48,068 nucleotides of DNA from Thermoplasmata archaeon (GTDB lineage Archaea > Thermoplasmatota > E2 > DHVEG-1), in assembly GCA_030640585.1 (NCBI GenBank), contig DAOWIZ010000018.1, positions 1-48,068 of the forward strand, read 5' to 3'. Every line of letters starts with the position of its first letter. Within the stretch, counting starts at the first letter, position 1. Positions 29,086 to 38,758 of the stretch are shown in pieces. A program made the translations under genes and the position numbers. The notes under the pieces are model-generated. The model had not been told where the DNA came from, searched no databases, and saw nothing but the letters and a program-made list of their open reading frames with translations.

Positions 29086-29436
29086 TTATTCAGAGGGCAA
29101 TCGATAAAAAATATCTTTACGTGACAAACCTTCTACCTCAATATCTACTCCACCGAACCCATTATCTATAACAATTTCTATTTCTGATCCGCATTTATCA
29201 CAAAGATAGATCTCCTCTGTATATACTATACTTTCTTCATGATTTTCTCCACCCATATTAGGTGGATTAACCATGATTTTGTCAGATTCAAAAGATTCCC
29301 CGCATTTTGGACATTTACATTTCACTTCTATTGGTTCTTGTTCAATAGTGGCGATTCCTCCAAGCCGAGAAAAACTCCCATCTGAGTTATCGTTTTTACT
29401 TAATGGAAACCATTCTTTCATTAATTTTTCCTCCAA
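29086..29436 (-). CDS. Zinc-ribbon protein
   Basis: CPKCG...CDKCG; acidic. Confidence 0.65.
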   Translation of the reverse strand: MEEKLMKEWFPLSKNDNSDGSFSRLGGIATIEQEPIEVKCKCPKCGESFESDKIMVNPPNMGGENHEESIVYTEEIYLCDKCGSEIEIVIDNGFGGVDIEVEGLSRKDIFYRLPSE

Positions 29437-29521
29437 TTATTATATCAAGCATGTCCATCTATATTAAATTACTTATTACATTGTTGTAAAAGGATAATTA
29501 AATGATACAAATGAGCATTAG

Positions 29522-29995
29522 TTAATCAAGTCTTATCTGATGATCTGAAAAAACATCCCCATCTTTATTGGTTAATCTAACAATAGCATATTTGCAATCT
29601 GTAGCATGGATGTACTTGGGTAACAATCTTTTCTTGTTGTTACAATAGCCATACAAATTTACATGAGGTTTCCCATTACGATGCGTCTTTTTTTCATTAG
29701 GATCAAATTCAACACCAATCCAAAAAACAACATCATCACCTTCATTTTGAGGGATTATTGCACTACCACTTCCATTACATTGATGGTTGCTACTAGGATG
29801 AACAAAATATCCCTCTTCATTAACTCCATCTCTATATTCTACATCATTAAGATCAAAATCTTCTCCTTTTAGATAGTAATCACTGATATATTTTTTATTT
29901 GCAGTAAAATTTATAGATTTTTTTTCATCCCATGTTTGGCCTGAACAAATATGAACTCCAATCACTGATTCACACATAATACCACTCTTTCTCAT
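29522..29995 (-). CDS. Hypothetical protein, possibly frameshifted at the 5' end
   Basis: 157-aa ORF; an SD-preceded ATG at 30035 opens a different frame that overlaps its start. Confidence 0.55.
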   Translation of the reverse strand: MRKSGIMCESVIGVHICSGQTWDEKKSINFTANKKYISDYYLKGEDFDLNDVEYRDGVNEEGYFVHPSSNHQCNGSGSAIIPQNEGDDVVFWIGVEFDPNEKKTHRNGKPHVNLYGYCNNKKRLLPKYIHATDCKYAIVRLTNKDGDVFSDHQIRLD

Positions 29996-30078
29996 TTTCT
30001 AAATCATTTTCATCAATATTATTGTTTGTGCTCATAATCTTTTCCCTCCATATAAAATTTCATTCCTTCGTAGATTTT

Positions 30079-30095
30079 TACCTTCGGAACTACTG
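30079..30095 (-). repeat. Right terminal inverted repeat
   Basis: TACCTTCGGAACTACTG; core 30083-30095 is the perfect inverse of 11084-11096. Confidence 0.92.
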
Positions 30096-30100
30096 TCCTC
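30096..30100 (+). repeat. Right target-site duplication TCCTC
   Basis: Identical to 11079-11083. Confidence 0.92.
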
Positions 30101-31183
30101 GGTGCACCCAATGAAGACACTGCGCTATCTGTTCTCCCAGCACACACTCTCCTTATAGAGGGTAAAGGCTATGAGGCTGTTGCTTTGTCTGCAATGGGTA
30201 GTTATGGTGCTATTATATTTTGTTTTTTACTTCTTTTCCCAATTCGTTTTTTAATTGGTGAACCAATAATGTTCTATGAAACCTTACGAGAAATCATGCT
30301 TTTTGTTCTTATCGCAATTTCAATTCTTATGATAGGAACTGAGAAAGGAAAAATCGATGATTTCTGTAAAAAAGGAATAGCACCCTCTGTTGTTGGTATG
30401 CTTTTTGCTACTTTTGTCTTCTTTTTATCAGGTTTTTTCGGATTAATAATATTTGAAATATCTGTAGATTCTCCAATAGGGCTTTCGTCGCCTGTCTTGT
30501 TTCCTGCTCTTGCGGGATTGTTCGGAACACCAACGCTTCTTACTTCTCTTATGACAAAACCCAATATTCCAAAGCAAATAATTGAGGAACCCGTTCTTGA
30601 TAAAAAAACCAAGAAGTCATCAATCATATCTATTATTACGGGTAGTTTTGGTGGGATACTTGTTTCCATTATCCCAGGTATTACTTCTGCAACTGGTACT
30701 ATTCTTGCTATGAATGTACGTGGGGAGTCAAACAAAAGGCAAACAATTATCACGCTTTCTGCTGTGAATACTGCATGTGCATTTTTTGTCGTAGTTGTTA
30801 TGTTTATAATACTACGTTCTCGGAGTGGTGCAACACTTGCAGCAATGGAACTTATTGCGGTAGAGGAATGGACAACGTTACTAATGCCTGCAAATCTTGC
30901 TTATCTTCTAATAGCATTACTTCTTGGTGGAACTCTTTCTTATTTTTCAACATTAAAAGTAGGCAAAATATTTGCCAGCCATTTTTCAAATGTTCCATAT
31001 GCTTTAATCATTAAACTTACCATTTCACTAATAGTTATACTGGTATTTCTTTTCACAGGGATCATCGGCATATTGATTTTAATCGTTGCAACATTTATTG
31101 GCCTGTTGCCTGTTGAGTGGGGTGTACGAAGAAGCCATTGTATGGGAATTCTTTTAATCCCGATTATCCTCTATTTTATTTAA
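30101..31183 (+). pseudogene. tctA: TctA-family permease 3' fragment
   Basis: Reads GAPNEDTALSVLPAHTLLIEGKGYEAV... in frame with the 5' fragment; LFPALAGLFG, IIPGI, RSRSG, VRRSHCMG. Confidence 0.9.
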
Positions 31184-31637
31184 GAAACTCATTCAAATCA
31201 ATATCATATTCTTTACCAACAAGCAATGCTGCAACTTCTAATGTAATGTTTTTTTCTTTTTCTATTGATTTGATTTTTTCAAAAATTATTTGCCTGTCAA
31301 GATCTGTTTTTTCCATGATTTTGCTAACTATTATTTTTACTCCGTCTTGTTTTTCCTGTTTTTGAATTATAATTTCTTTTTTCTCAAAAGATTGTTTCGA
31401 TGGTTTAAAACCAGCAGGTATAACAACACTATTTATGTCGAAAGTTGGTTTTAACAAACCATATTTTTTTATCAGCAGTTCTTGATTTAATGCCATATAT
31501 ACAAAGGCCTTTGCTTCCTGTGGAGAAAACCAGTTTAAATCCATTGAAAGAGGAAGATAAAACTCAGATGGTTTTAGTTCTGTTTTTCCACTTCGTTTGA
31601 AGAGGAATGCAATGACGATTTCTGTTTCAGATCCCAT
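31176..31637 (-). CDS. DUF2240 family protein
   Basis: IAFLFKRSGK...LSMDLNWFSPQEAK...IPAGFKP...EVAALLV. Confidence 0.85.
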   Translation of the reverse strand: MGSETEIVIAFLFKRSGKTELKPSEFYLPLSMDLNWFSPQEAKAFVYMALNQELLIKKYGLLKPTFDINSVVIPAGFKPSKQSFEKKEIIIQKQEKQDGVKIIVSKIMEKTDLDRQIIFEKIKSIEKEKNITLEVAALLVGKEYDIDLNEFLK

Positions 31638-32245
31638 TTTTTCTTAAACACCTCTACTTTTTTCATATCAACAAGCAACCCTTTTACTCCTTGCTTCTTC
31701 CAGTAATTTATGTTGTCAGGGTTTGCTTCATAAACATATGTTTTATGCCGTGATGACAAATCTCTCAAGTGACCACCACATTTGTAATCTGATTCTACCT
31801 GGTCTTTATTGTTGAATATAACCAAACCGTCAACCTCATTGTAGATGGGTAATTCAATCCTTCCATTACTTTGATCTGTTAAATCAACTTCAGCATAAAT
31901 CCCATTCTCAGTAATTTCTCTGATGCGCCCAATATCTAATTTCTCCCAGAGATTTTTTCTTATTGTAATTGCATTTGCACCAGCCATAAAAGAGTCAACT
32001 ATGTCTCCGGGAGTCATGGGTCTTGAGTCAATCCATATTTCATAGTTTTCCGATAGTTTAGGAAATGAGCATAGATTTGGCTTATCTTTTTGTATGCCGT
32101 CAAGATCAAGTATGTAGATTTTTTGATCACCGTCAATTTTGTTAATGAAATCATCTAATGAGATGTTGTCTTCATTGTTTTTCATATGTATTCTCTGATG
32201 CTTAAAATAAATCAATGGTATGATTTCCATATGGGTGATAAACAC
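31574..32245 (-). CDS. HisA/HisF-related TIM-barrel protein
   Basis: IIPLI...IYILDLDGI....PN...IWID...DIVD.FMAGA. Confidence 0.7.
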   Translation of the reverse strand: MFITHMEIIPLIYFKHQRIHMKNNEDNISLDDFINKIDGDQKIYILDLDGIQKDKPNLCSFPKLSENYEIWIDSRPMTPGDIVDSFMAGANAITIRKNLWEKLDIGRIREITENGIYAEVDLTDQSNGRIELPIYNEVDGLVIFNNKDQVESDYKCGGHLRDLSSRHKTYVYEANPDNINYWKKQGVKGLLVDMKKVEVFKKKWDLKQKSSLHSSSNEVEKQN

Positions 32246-32318
32246 AACTTGTTCATAAAAACATTTTCTAATTATTTTGAGGCTCTATGGTGGAAGAGAT
32301 TTTGCTTCGTAGAGAACT

Positions 32319-34721
32319 TTATCTCCCCAGTCTTTGCTCCGCCTCAGCTATTTTAAGACGTGTTTTTATAACTGTATCTGGGTTAAGTGAGATACTGTCT
32401 ATTCCGCATTCTACTAGGAATTCTGCGAATTCTGGGAAATCAGATGGAGCTTGCCCACAGATTCCAACTTTTCTTCTTGGTTTATGACTGTGTGCTGTGT
32501 CTATTACTTGTTTGACAAGGCGTTTTACTGCATCGTTTCGCTCATCAAATATATGGGCGACAAGATCAGAATCTCGGTCAAGACCAAGCGTTAGTTGGGT
32601 GAGATCATTTGATCCGATACTGAAGCCATCGAAAATGTCTGCAAACTGATCAGCTAAAATCACATTGCTTGGTATCTCACACATAACATATACTTCAAGA
32701 CCATTTTCTCCTTGTTTCAACCCGAACTCGTTCATAACTTCAATGACTTTACGCCCCTCTTCAGGTGTTCTACAGAATGGTATCATTGGTTTTACGTTGG
32801 TAAGCCCCATTTCATCACGGACTTTTCTGAGTGCTTTGCATTCAAGTTCAAATGCTGGTTTGAATTTTTTATCATAGTAACGTGATGCGCCTCTCCATCC
32901 TATCATTGGGTTGGATTCTTCAGGTTCATACAAAAACCCACCTATAAGATTTGCATATTCATTGCTCTTAAAATCAGACATACGTACAATCACATCATTT
33001 GGATAGAACCCTGCTGCTATTTTTGAAATCCCTCTAGCAAGCGTGTCAACAAAAAAATCTACTTTATCTGCATATCCTGCGCTTCTTTCATCTATTTTTT
33101 TGACAACTTCTGCTATTTTTTGGTTTTCACCTGATATCTTTTTCAACCGGTCATATTCAAGAAGTGCTAGTGGATGTATTCCTATATGAGAATTTATTAT
33201 GAATTCTTCTCTTGCAAGTCCAACGCCCTGATTTGGTATTTGTCCTTGTTGGAATGCTTTTTCAGGTACACCCGTGTTCATCATAATTTTTGTTTTAGTA
33301 TCTGGTAAGTTGTCCAGCTTTAATTCATCAATTCTATATTTCAACATACCTTCGTAGATGTTGCCAACACCTTCCGAGCAATCAATTGTTATCTGAGAGC
33401 CGTTGGTAATATTTGAGGTGCCGTTGCCTGTTCCTATTACACATGGAATCCCTAGTTCGCGGCTAATTATTGCGGCATGACAAGTACGACCCCCCCTGTT
33501 TGTTACAATTCCTCCTGCTATTTTCATTATAGGCTCCCAGTCAGGATCTGTCATATCTGTGACCAGCACCTGTCCTTTTTGGAATTTACTGATATCTTTA
33601 GCATCTTCAATTATATTTACTTCTCCTTGCCCTATCCTACTCCCAACAGCTTCACCTTCAACAAGCAAGTTGCCTTTTTCTTCAAGTACATATGTTTGTA
33701 TTATCGCTGTATCTTTTTGGGAGTGAACTGTTTCAGGTCGTGCTTGAACAATAAAAAGTTCACCAGTTTCCCCGTCTTTTGCCCATTCAATATCCATTGG
33801 TTTTCCATAATGATCTTCGATAATACATGCCCATTTTGCAAGTTTAAGTATTTCATCATCTGAAATGACAAATTTCTTTTTATCTTTCTCACTGACCTGT
33901 TGTTGTTCAACTCCATGTTCTCCATATATCATACGTTTTTCTTTCGATCCAACTTTTTTCTCAAGGATGGGTTTAAAACCTTTTTTAAGAGTAGGCTTAA
34001 AAACATAAAACTGATCAGGGTTTACAGTGCCTTGTACAACGTTTTCACCAAGGCCATACGCCCCAGTTATATATACAGCATCTTTAAAACCGCTTTCAGT
34101 ATCAATACTGAACATCACACCAGCACTTGCAAGATCAGATCGTACCATTTTTTGAACACCAATGGAGAGGTATACGCTAAAATGGTCAAATCCCTTATCT
34201 GTCCTATATGATATTGCTCGATTAGTAAATAAAGAGGCAAAACATTCCCTACATTTTTCAATAAGATCATCTTCCCCTCTTACATTAAGATAAGTTTCTT
34301 GTTGACCTGCAAAACTCGCATCAGGAAGATCCTCAGCTGTCGCACTACTTCTAACTGCGACATCAACGTTTTCACCATAGCGTTTTTCCATTTCATGATA
34401 GTATTTACGGATGTCTTCTTCTAGTTCTGGAGGTATTGGTGTATTTTTGACGAGTTCTCTTATTTTTTGTCCACGTTCTGCAAGATTATTTACATCATGT
34501 GTATTAAGATCAGATAATATTTCTTTTATTTTAACATCTACACCTGCTTTTTCAATCATGTACTTATATGCATAAGCCGTGACTGCAAAACCAGATGGAA
34601 CGCTAACGCCCTTTTCCCCTAGGTTTTTAATCATCTCTCCAAGTGATGCATTTTTTCCACCAACACTCGGCACATCTTCGATTCGCAACTCCTCAAACCA
34701 TTTATTAAACTCTTCTATCAT
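32319..34721 (-). CDS. ppsA: Phosphoenolpyruvate synthase
   Basis: VGGKNASLGEM, VAVRSSATAEDLPDASFAGQQ, GGRTCHAAI, FSIGSNDLTQ; likely start ATG 34721. Confidence 0.97.
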   Translation of the reverse strand: MIEEFNKWFEELRIEDVPSVGGKNASLGEMIKNLGEKGVSVPSGFAVTAYAYKYMIEKAGVDVKIKEILSDLNTHDVNNLAERGQKIRELVKNTPIPPELEEDIRKYYHEMEKRYGENVDVAVRSSATAEDLPDASFAGQQETYLNVRGEDDLIEKCRECFASLFTNRAISYRTDKGFDHFSVYLSIGVQKMVRSDLASAGVMFSIDTESGFKDAVYITGAYGLGENVVQGTVNPDQFYVFKPTLKKGFKPILEKKVGSKEKRMIYGEHGVEQQQVSEKDKKKFVISDDEILKLAKWACIIEDHYGKPMDIEWAKDGETGELFIVQARPETVHSQKDTAIIQTYVLEEKGNLLVEGEAVGSRIGQGEVNIIEDAKDISKFQKGQVLVTDMTDPDWEPIMKIAGGIVTNRGGRTCHAAIISRELGIPCVIGTGNGTSNITNGSQITIDCSEGVGNIYEGMLKYRIDELKLDNLPDTKTKIMMNTGVPEKAFQQGQIPNQGVGLAREEFIINSHIGIHPLALLEYDRLKKISGENQKIAEVVKKIDERSAGYADKVDFFVDTLARGISKIAAGFYPNDVIVRMSDFKSNEYANLIGGFLYEPEESNPMIGWRGASRYYDKKFKPAFELECKALRKVRDEMGLTNVKPMIPFCRTPEEGRKVIEVMNEFGLKQGENGLEVYVMCEIPSNVILADQFADIFDGFSIGSNDLTQLTLGLDRDSDLVAHIFDERNDAVKRLVKQVIDTAHSHKPRRKVGICGQAPSDFPEFAEFLVECGIDSISLNPDTVIKTRLKIAEAEQRLGR

Positions 34722-34840
34722 AAGATGTCTCTCCTTGGTTGAGAGTATGTTAACATGAATATACATATAAATCCTTTATTAAATATGATTTAATTAAAGG
34801 AACTAAGTAAGGACATATAGAGATAATTGAATAACGGTTT

Positions 34841-35398
34841 TTATCTCTCTAAGAATACTGCAACAGCAATAACAGTGGTCCATAGACCATTTTTATCTCC
34901 TTTTGCAGTCTGTGTTATACTGTGTGTCCTTACAAATTGCCCGCTCATTTTGTATTCCTGCTTTCTTTCATCCCATGCTTTATCTGGATTAAAATCAAGT
35001 CCAAGTGTTGTTGCAAGCATTGTTGCTGCAAGATCCTCGGCATGATCCCCTGCTTTTTGTGCTGTTTCACCATAACTATGGTGCTCTGAAATATAGCCAT
35101 ACGTGTTTTTTTCTTTTGGCGTAGCAACACCAACAGATGCACCTATTAACCTGTTTGGTTCATTTGTTTTATTTTTTGATATGACACAATATGTTATCTG
35201 ACCTGGTTTTAGTTCTTTGACGCCCTTTTCTTTTGATATTATTTTACAGCCTGGTGGTACAATACTTGAGACTTTTACAAGGTTACATTTTTCAATACTT
35301 GCATTTCTAAGTGCAAGCTCAAAAGATTGCAATTCATGTTTATGCCTTCCGACACCCTTTGTAAAAAAAATCTTTTTAGGAACCATAATTTCCACCAA
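34841..35398 (-). CDS. pdaD: Pyruvoyl-dependent arginine decarboxylase
   Basis: [21 protein letters not shown] (SS cleavage site), YGYISEHH. Confidence 0.93.
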   Translation of the reverse strand: MVEIMVPKKIFFTKGVGRHKHELQSFELALRNASIEKCNLVKVSSIVPPGCKIISKEKGVKELKPGQITYCVISKNKTNEPNRLIGASVGVATPKEKNTYGYISEHHSYGETAQKAGDHAEDLAATMLATTLGLDFNPDKAWDERKQEYKMSGQFVRTHSITQTAKGDKNGLWTTVIAVAVFLER

Positions 35399-35433
35399 GA
35401 TTAAATTTTGTTTTATAAATATATCTATGCAAT

Positions 35434-36327
35434 CTACTTTTTTTCTTTACTTTCAGGCTCTTGTTCTTTATCTGATTCAGATTGCATTTTTAGAAGATCT
35501 CTCATTTGTTTTTGTATGTCAACTTGTTCTTTTTGAAATTCTACTTGCTCCTGTTGATATTGTGTTATTACACTTCCTTGTACCATTTTTTCAACTAGTT
35601 TCTTCACTTCTTTATATGGATAGACGCCGTGCAGCTCATAATAACTTCTCGCTCGTGGTGTTTGAACTTCTCTGCCACCTCCAAAAATCCCCATAAATTT
35701 GGCTTTTTTTTCACCAAGTTGTACACCACCTGCTGCAAAAGACGTATCAGATCCAAGACCAAAACCAGACAGGCTAATTGGTATAATTGTTCCAAAACCA
35801 AAAATCTGTCCGAGTACTCCTTGTTTTGAATTTACATCAGATATTTTATCATATCGTAGAGTTCTTTCTTCTTTGGTTATAATTCCTCCTTTGAAAATGA
35901 TACGTTGGTTTGATATTATATATTTGTGGGACAGTCGGTACCATTCTACTAATAGGAAGCCTACAATTGACATAGCAACTGAGTAAAACGGAATAAAAAT
36001 TTTCGCGTCAGTTAGCCAACCTCCTTGCCAGTACATAAGACCTATCCCACCAGCAACAATTCCAAGGTAAAGGAAAAAAATACGCCATCTAATCGTAGTT
36101 AATGATGCCATTATGCCAGCTATTAATAGCACTAAACTCCAAGCAAGTATAACACTCCAGTATCCGCTAAACAATTCTTTATATTCTGAAAAGTTAGCTA
36201 GCCACCCTATTAAAACACCCCAAATTATTAAGAATATACACAGTGATTGATAACGCATAAACGAAAGCGGATGAGGAGACAGCACCTTCTCTACTTTTTC
36301 ATTGCTCAATAATTCTTCTTGTTCCAT
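35434..36327 (-). CDS. Membrane protein with bacterial PH (bPH_2) domain
   Basis: Four TM helices, then YIISNQRII...GII....R.L.Y.KI.DV...QG.LG.IFGFG. Confidence 0.8.
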   Translation of the reverse strand: MEQEELLSNEKVEKVLSPHPLSFMRYQSLCIFLIIWGVLIGWLANFSEYKELFSGYWSVILAWSLVLLIAGIMASLTTIRWRIFFLYLGIVAGGIGLMYWQGGWLTDAKIFIPFYSVAMSIVGFLLVEWYRLSHKYIISNQRIIFKGGIITKEERTLRYDKISDVNSKQGVLGQIFGFGTIIPISLSGFGLGSDTSFAAGGVQLGEKKAKFMGIFGGGREVQTPRARSYYELHGVYPYKEVKKLVEKMVQGSVITQYQQEQVEFQKEQVDIQKQMRDLLKMQSESDKEQEPESKEKK

Positions 36328-37372
36328 CTGGGTCCTCCTTGTTTTTCTTCCTCAAAGATTTCATACTTAGCTTGGTTTTAAATTTATTGGTTTTGTAACT
36401 TAACAAAAGAAAAGTTACTATTACTGTGGATAAAATCATAACGACCAGAGAGATAGTTAGGTAAAAATCTATTGGGTGAGCGTAGAAAAGTGCACGCATC
36501 AAAACATATGATGTTAGTAATGTAATATAAGGAAGTAGTTTCCAACGTCCTGGGATTTCATCTGTTGTTTTTATCAACATTGTTATCATCTGAGCAATAA
36601 ACAATGCAACAATGGCAACAACAGACAACCATCCAAGTATTGAAAACAAAAACACATACAAACTTGTCTTAGTAAGCACAGATAAATACGAAAGAAGATA
36701 TGGAAATAAAAACAAAAGCACTATGTATAATGGTTTACGAAAAACATGATTTTTGATGTTGGTTAGATCATAAAGCATGTCGACTTTTCTTCTTTTATCC
36801 TCTCCTATGTAACTGGGCCGTATTCCAAATCCAAGGAAAACAAGCAAAATAAAAAAGCCTAGTTGGACAGGATGTAACAGATCAATATTAACCATGAGAA
36901 CAAAAAACTTCTCCAAGAGAACATAGATATTTGTAAAAAAGTTAATTGAACATTCAGCAAAAGTATATTCCACTGACTGTACGGTTTCAATACCACCGGT
37001 TATCAATAAGAAGCAACCTAGAATCAACATCGCAGGAATAAAAAAAGGCCCAATGAATAGAAAAGAGTTCGAAATCCATTCAAACAATCCCTCTCTTTCC
37101 TTTTTTGGTTTTACTTTTCCATAGTGAACTGTTACTTTGAAATGGGCAATACCGCTTTTTGTAACAGTGTACCCCATTGCATGACATATTGTTTGAAATA
37201 GTATGCCTGTAAAATTTGTAAATCTACAAAGAGCAGGATGATTTCTCTTAATTTTTGACAGTAAAAGTTTTTGAAATTCGATGAAGAGTAGTTGTATAAA
37301 CCAGAGTAATAACACGCCAAAGATGGGTGCTAATGGTGCAAATATTACAATATCTACTGGTGAACTGGCCAT
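36299..37372 (-). CDS. Polytopic membrane protein, degenerate M50-like peptidase fold
   Basis: GILFQTICHAMG where HExxH is expected; IGPF; many TM segments. Confidence 0.55.
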   Translation of the reverse strand: MASSPVDIVIFAPLAPIFGVLLLWFIQLLFIEFQKLLLSKIKRNHPALCRFTNFTGILFQTICHAMGYTVTKSGIAHFKVTVHYGKVKPKKEREGLFEWISNSFLFIGPFFIPAMLILGCFLLITGGIETVQSVEYTFAECSINFFTNIYVLLEKFFVLMVNIDLLHPVQLGFFILLVFLGFGIRPSYIGEDKRRKVDMLYDLTNIKNHVFRKPLYIVLLFLFPYLLSYLSVLTKTSLYVFLFSILGWLSVVAIVALFIAQMITMLIKTTDEIPGRWKLLPYITLLTSYVLMRALFYAHPIDFYLTISLVVMILSTVIVTFLLLSYKTNKFKTKLSMKSLRKKNKEDPDGTRRIIEQ

Positions 37373-37417
37373 ATCTCTTCAAAGAAGGATAGCAGTGTTT
37401 TGTATATAAAATTGTTC

Positions 37418-37488
37418 AGAGAGAAGTCCGGAAAAAGCGGAATCGAGATGAGAGATTACCTCCCTAACTTCTCCAGACTCCCCCAAAA
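37418..37488 (-). ncRNA. Candidate small structured RNA or repeat related to 5495-5652
   Basis: Minus strand GGGGGAGTCTGGA...TCCGGACTTCTCT closing stem; shares TTTTGGGGGARTYTGG...AGTTAGGG with the 5.5-kb element. Confidence 0.35.
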
Positions 37489-37508
37489 GAATAATAACCC
37501 TTTTTGGT

Positions 37509-37925
37509 TTATAAAACCTTCATTTCTAACTCATTTCCATTATAGTCATAAGCCTTCCAGGACGTACTATTAAATGGATGTGCAACTATGATGTGCACCT
37601 TACCATGTTTTCTAAAAAGATGCAGATCCGCATCAGATGGGTTTGCAGATGGTGATGGATGGCTATGGACAGTTCCAACAACTGTAAAATCAATAGGAAG
37701 CATATGCATTCTAAATATAGCATGGGAGTCTCCTGAGACTGTTCCTGGTAGAATCATTATTTCATGGATGGCATCTTTTTGTTTTTTATCGATGCGAAGT
37801 AACCCTCCAAACTCGTTTGGATAATTTGACTTTGAACATTCCAGTATTAACTCAAGGCATTTTTTGGTAATTTTCCATTGTTTCCCCGGTCGTTCAACCT
37901 TGACCTTTTTCTTAAAAAACCTCAT
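37509..37925 (-). CDS. JAMM/MPN+ (Mov34) metalloprotease
   Basis: YPNEFGG and HSHPSPSANPSDADL. Confidence 0.92.
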   Translation of the reverse strand: MRFFKKKVKVERPGKQWKITKKCLELILECSKSNYPNEFGGLLRIDKKQKDAIHEIMILPGTVSGDSHAIFRMHMLPIDFTVVGTVHSHPSPSANPSDADLHLFRKHGKVHIIVAHPFNSTSWKAYDYNGNELEMKVL

Positions 37926-37930
37926 AATGT

Positions 37931-38743
37931 TTATCGCACCAGTTTAAGACGCACCATTTGGTAAAAACTCTCTCCAAACCTGATAAATCTTGCTTTTTTT
38001 TCTGAGCCTGTAATTATTATTTCACTCTCTGCTGTAACAGATTGAGCAGATTCCCCATCGATTACAAGATTGGTTTCCTTGCTTTTAGGAAGTATTTTGA
38101 TTCCAACTTTTTTCCCTAGTGGTATAACCCATGGACGTGCAGATAGTTTAAAAGGAGCAAGTGGCGCAATTACCATAGCATTTACAGCCGGGTCAAGTAT
38201 AGGCCCACCAGCACTCAATGCATAGCTTGTTGACCCTGTAGGTGTTGCAACTATTACTCCATCTGCGCCAAGTGTTTCAATAAGTTCGTCTTCTACGAAA
38301 AGTTGTAGGTACATAATTTTTGCAATATGCGCCGTCTGAACTGTTACTTCGTTTGTTGCATCTGGCAATCGTTTTCCATCAAGGGTTACTTTCAACTTTG
38401 ATCGTTCTACTATGTTGTAATCCTCTGCGATTACTTGCTTCAGACCACCTATTGCATATTTCGATTCGACTTCTGATAAAAAACCCATTCCACCAGCGTT
38501 TACTGCAAATATTGGTTTTTCTACGGCTACAAGTGCTTTTAGAATTGTACCGTCGCCACCAACCGTTACCACTATATCTGCTTTTTTATCTATTTCTCCA
38601 AGGGAGTATCCTTTTATTTCGATACTTTTTGCAAGATTTGTTTCTACAAAAACCTCTCCGTTTTCTTTTAAAAAATCATAAATATCACTAGCAACTGATA
38701 TTGTTTTTTTTATATGCAGGTTACAAACAAGTCCCCATTTCAT
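37931..38743 (-). CDS. nadK: NAD kinase
   Basis: GGDGTIL, G.GFLSE, NE, DGVIVATPTGSTSYALSAGGP. Confidence 0.96.
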   Translation of the reverse strand: MKWGLVCNLHIKKTISVASDIYDFLKENGEVFVETNLAKSIEIKGYSLGEIDKKADIVVTVGGDGTILKALVAVEKPIFAVNAGGMGFLSEVESKYAIGGLKQVIAEDYNIVERSKLKVTLDGKRLPDATNEVTVQTAHIAKIMYLQLFVEDELIETLGADGVIVATPTGSTSYALSAGGPILDPAVNAMVIAPLAPFKLSARPWVIPLGKKVGIKILPKSKETNLVIDGESAQSVTAESEIIITGSEKKARFIRFGESFYQMVRLKLVR

Positions 38744-38758
38744 ACCTTTTACCCTCCT

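Larger units (their letters stand above)
11084..30095. mobile_element. 19,012-bp cargo-carrying transposon with a single ISH3-family transposase
   Basis: 13-bp perfect TIRs, 5-bp TSD, interrupted gene restored in frame on removal, DDE transposase near the left end. Confidence 0.92.

Noticed and set aside
11084-30095. Provirus, casposon or integrase-type island
   Set aside because: No capsid, terminase, tyrosine/serine integrase, Cas1 or PolB was recognised. The ends are TIR plus TSD rather than att direct repeats.
10826-31183. Element acting as an intron that splices out of tctA
   Set aside because: No group I/II intron or bulge-helix-bulge features, and the 5-bp duplication would shift the frame unless removed.
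31574-31637. 64-bp overlap between the HisA-like and DUF2240 genes
   Set aside because: Most simply stop-codon drift or an indel in the A-run; no sign of a function.
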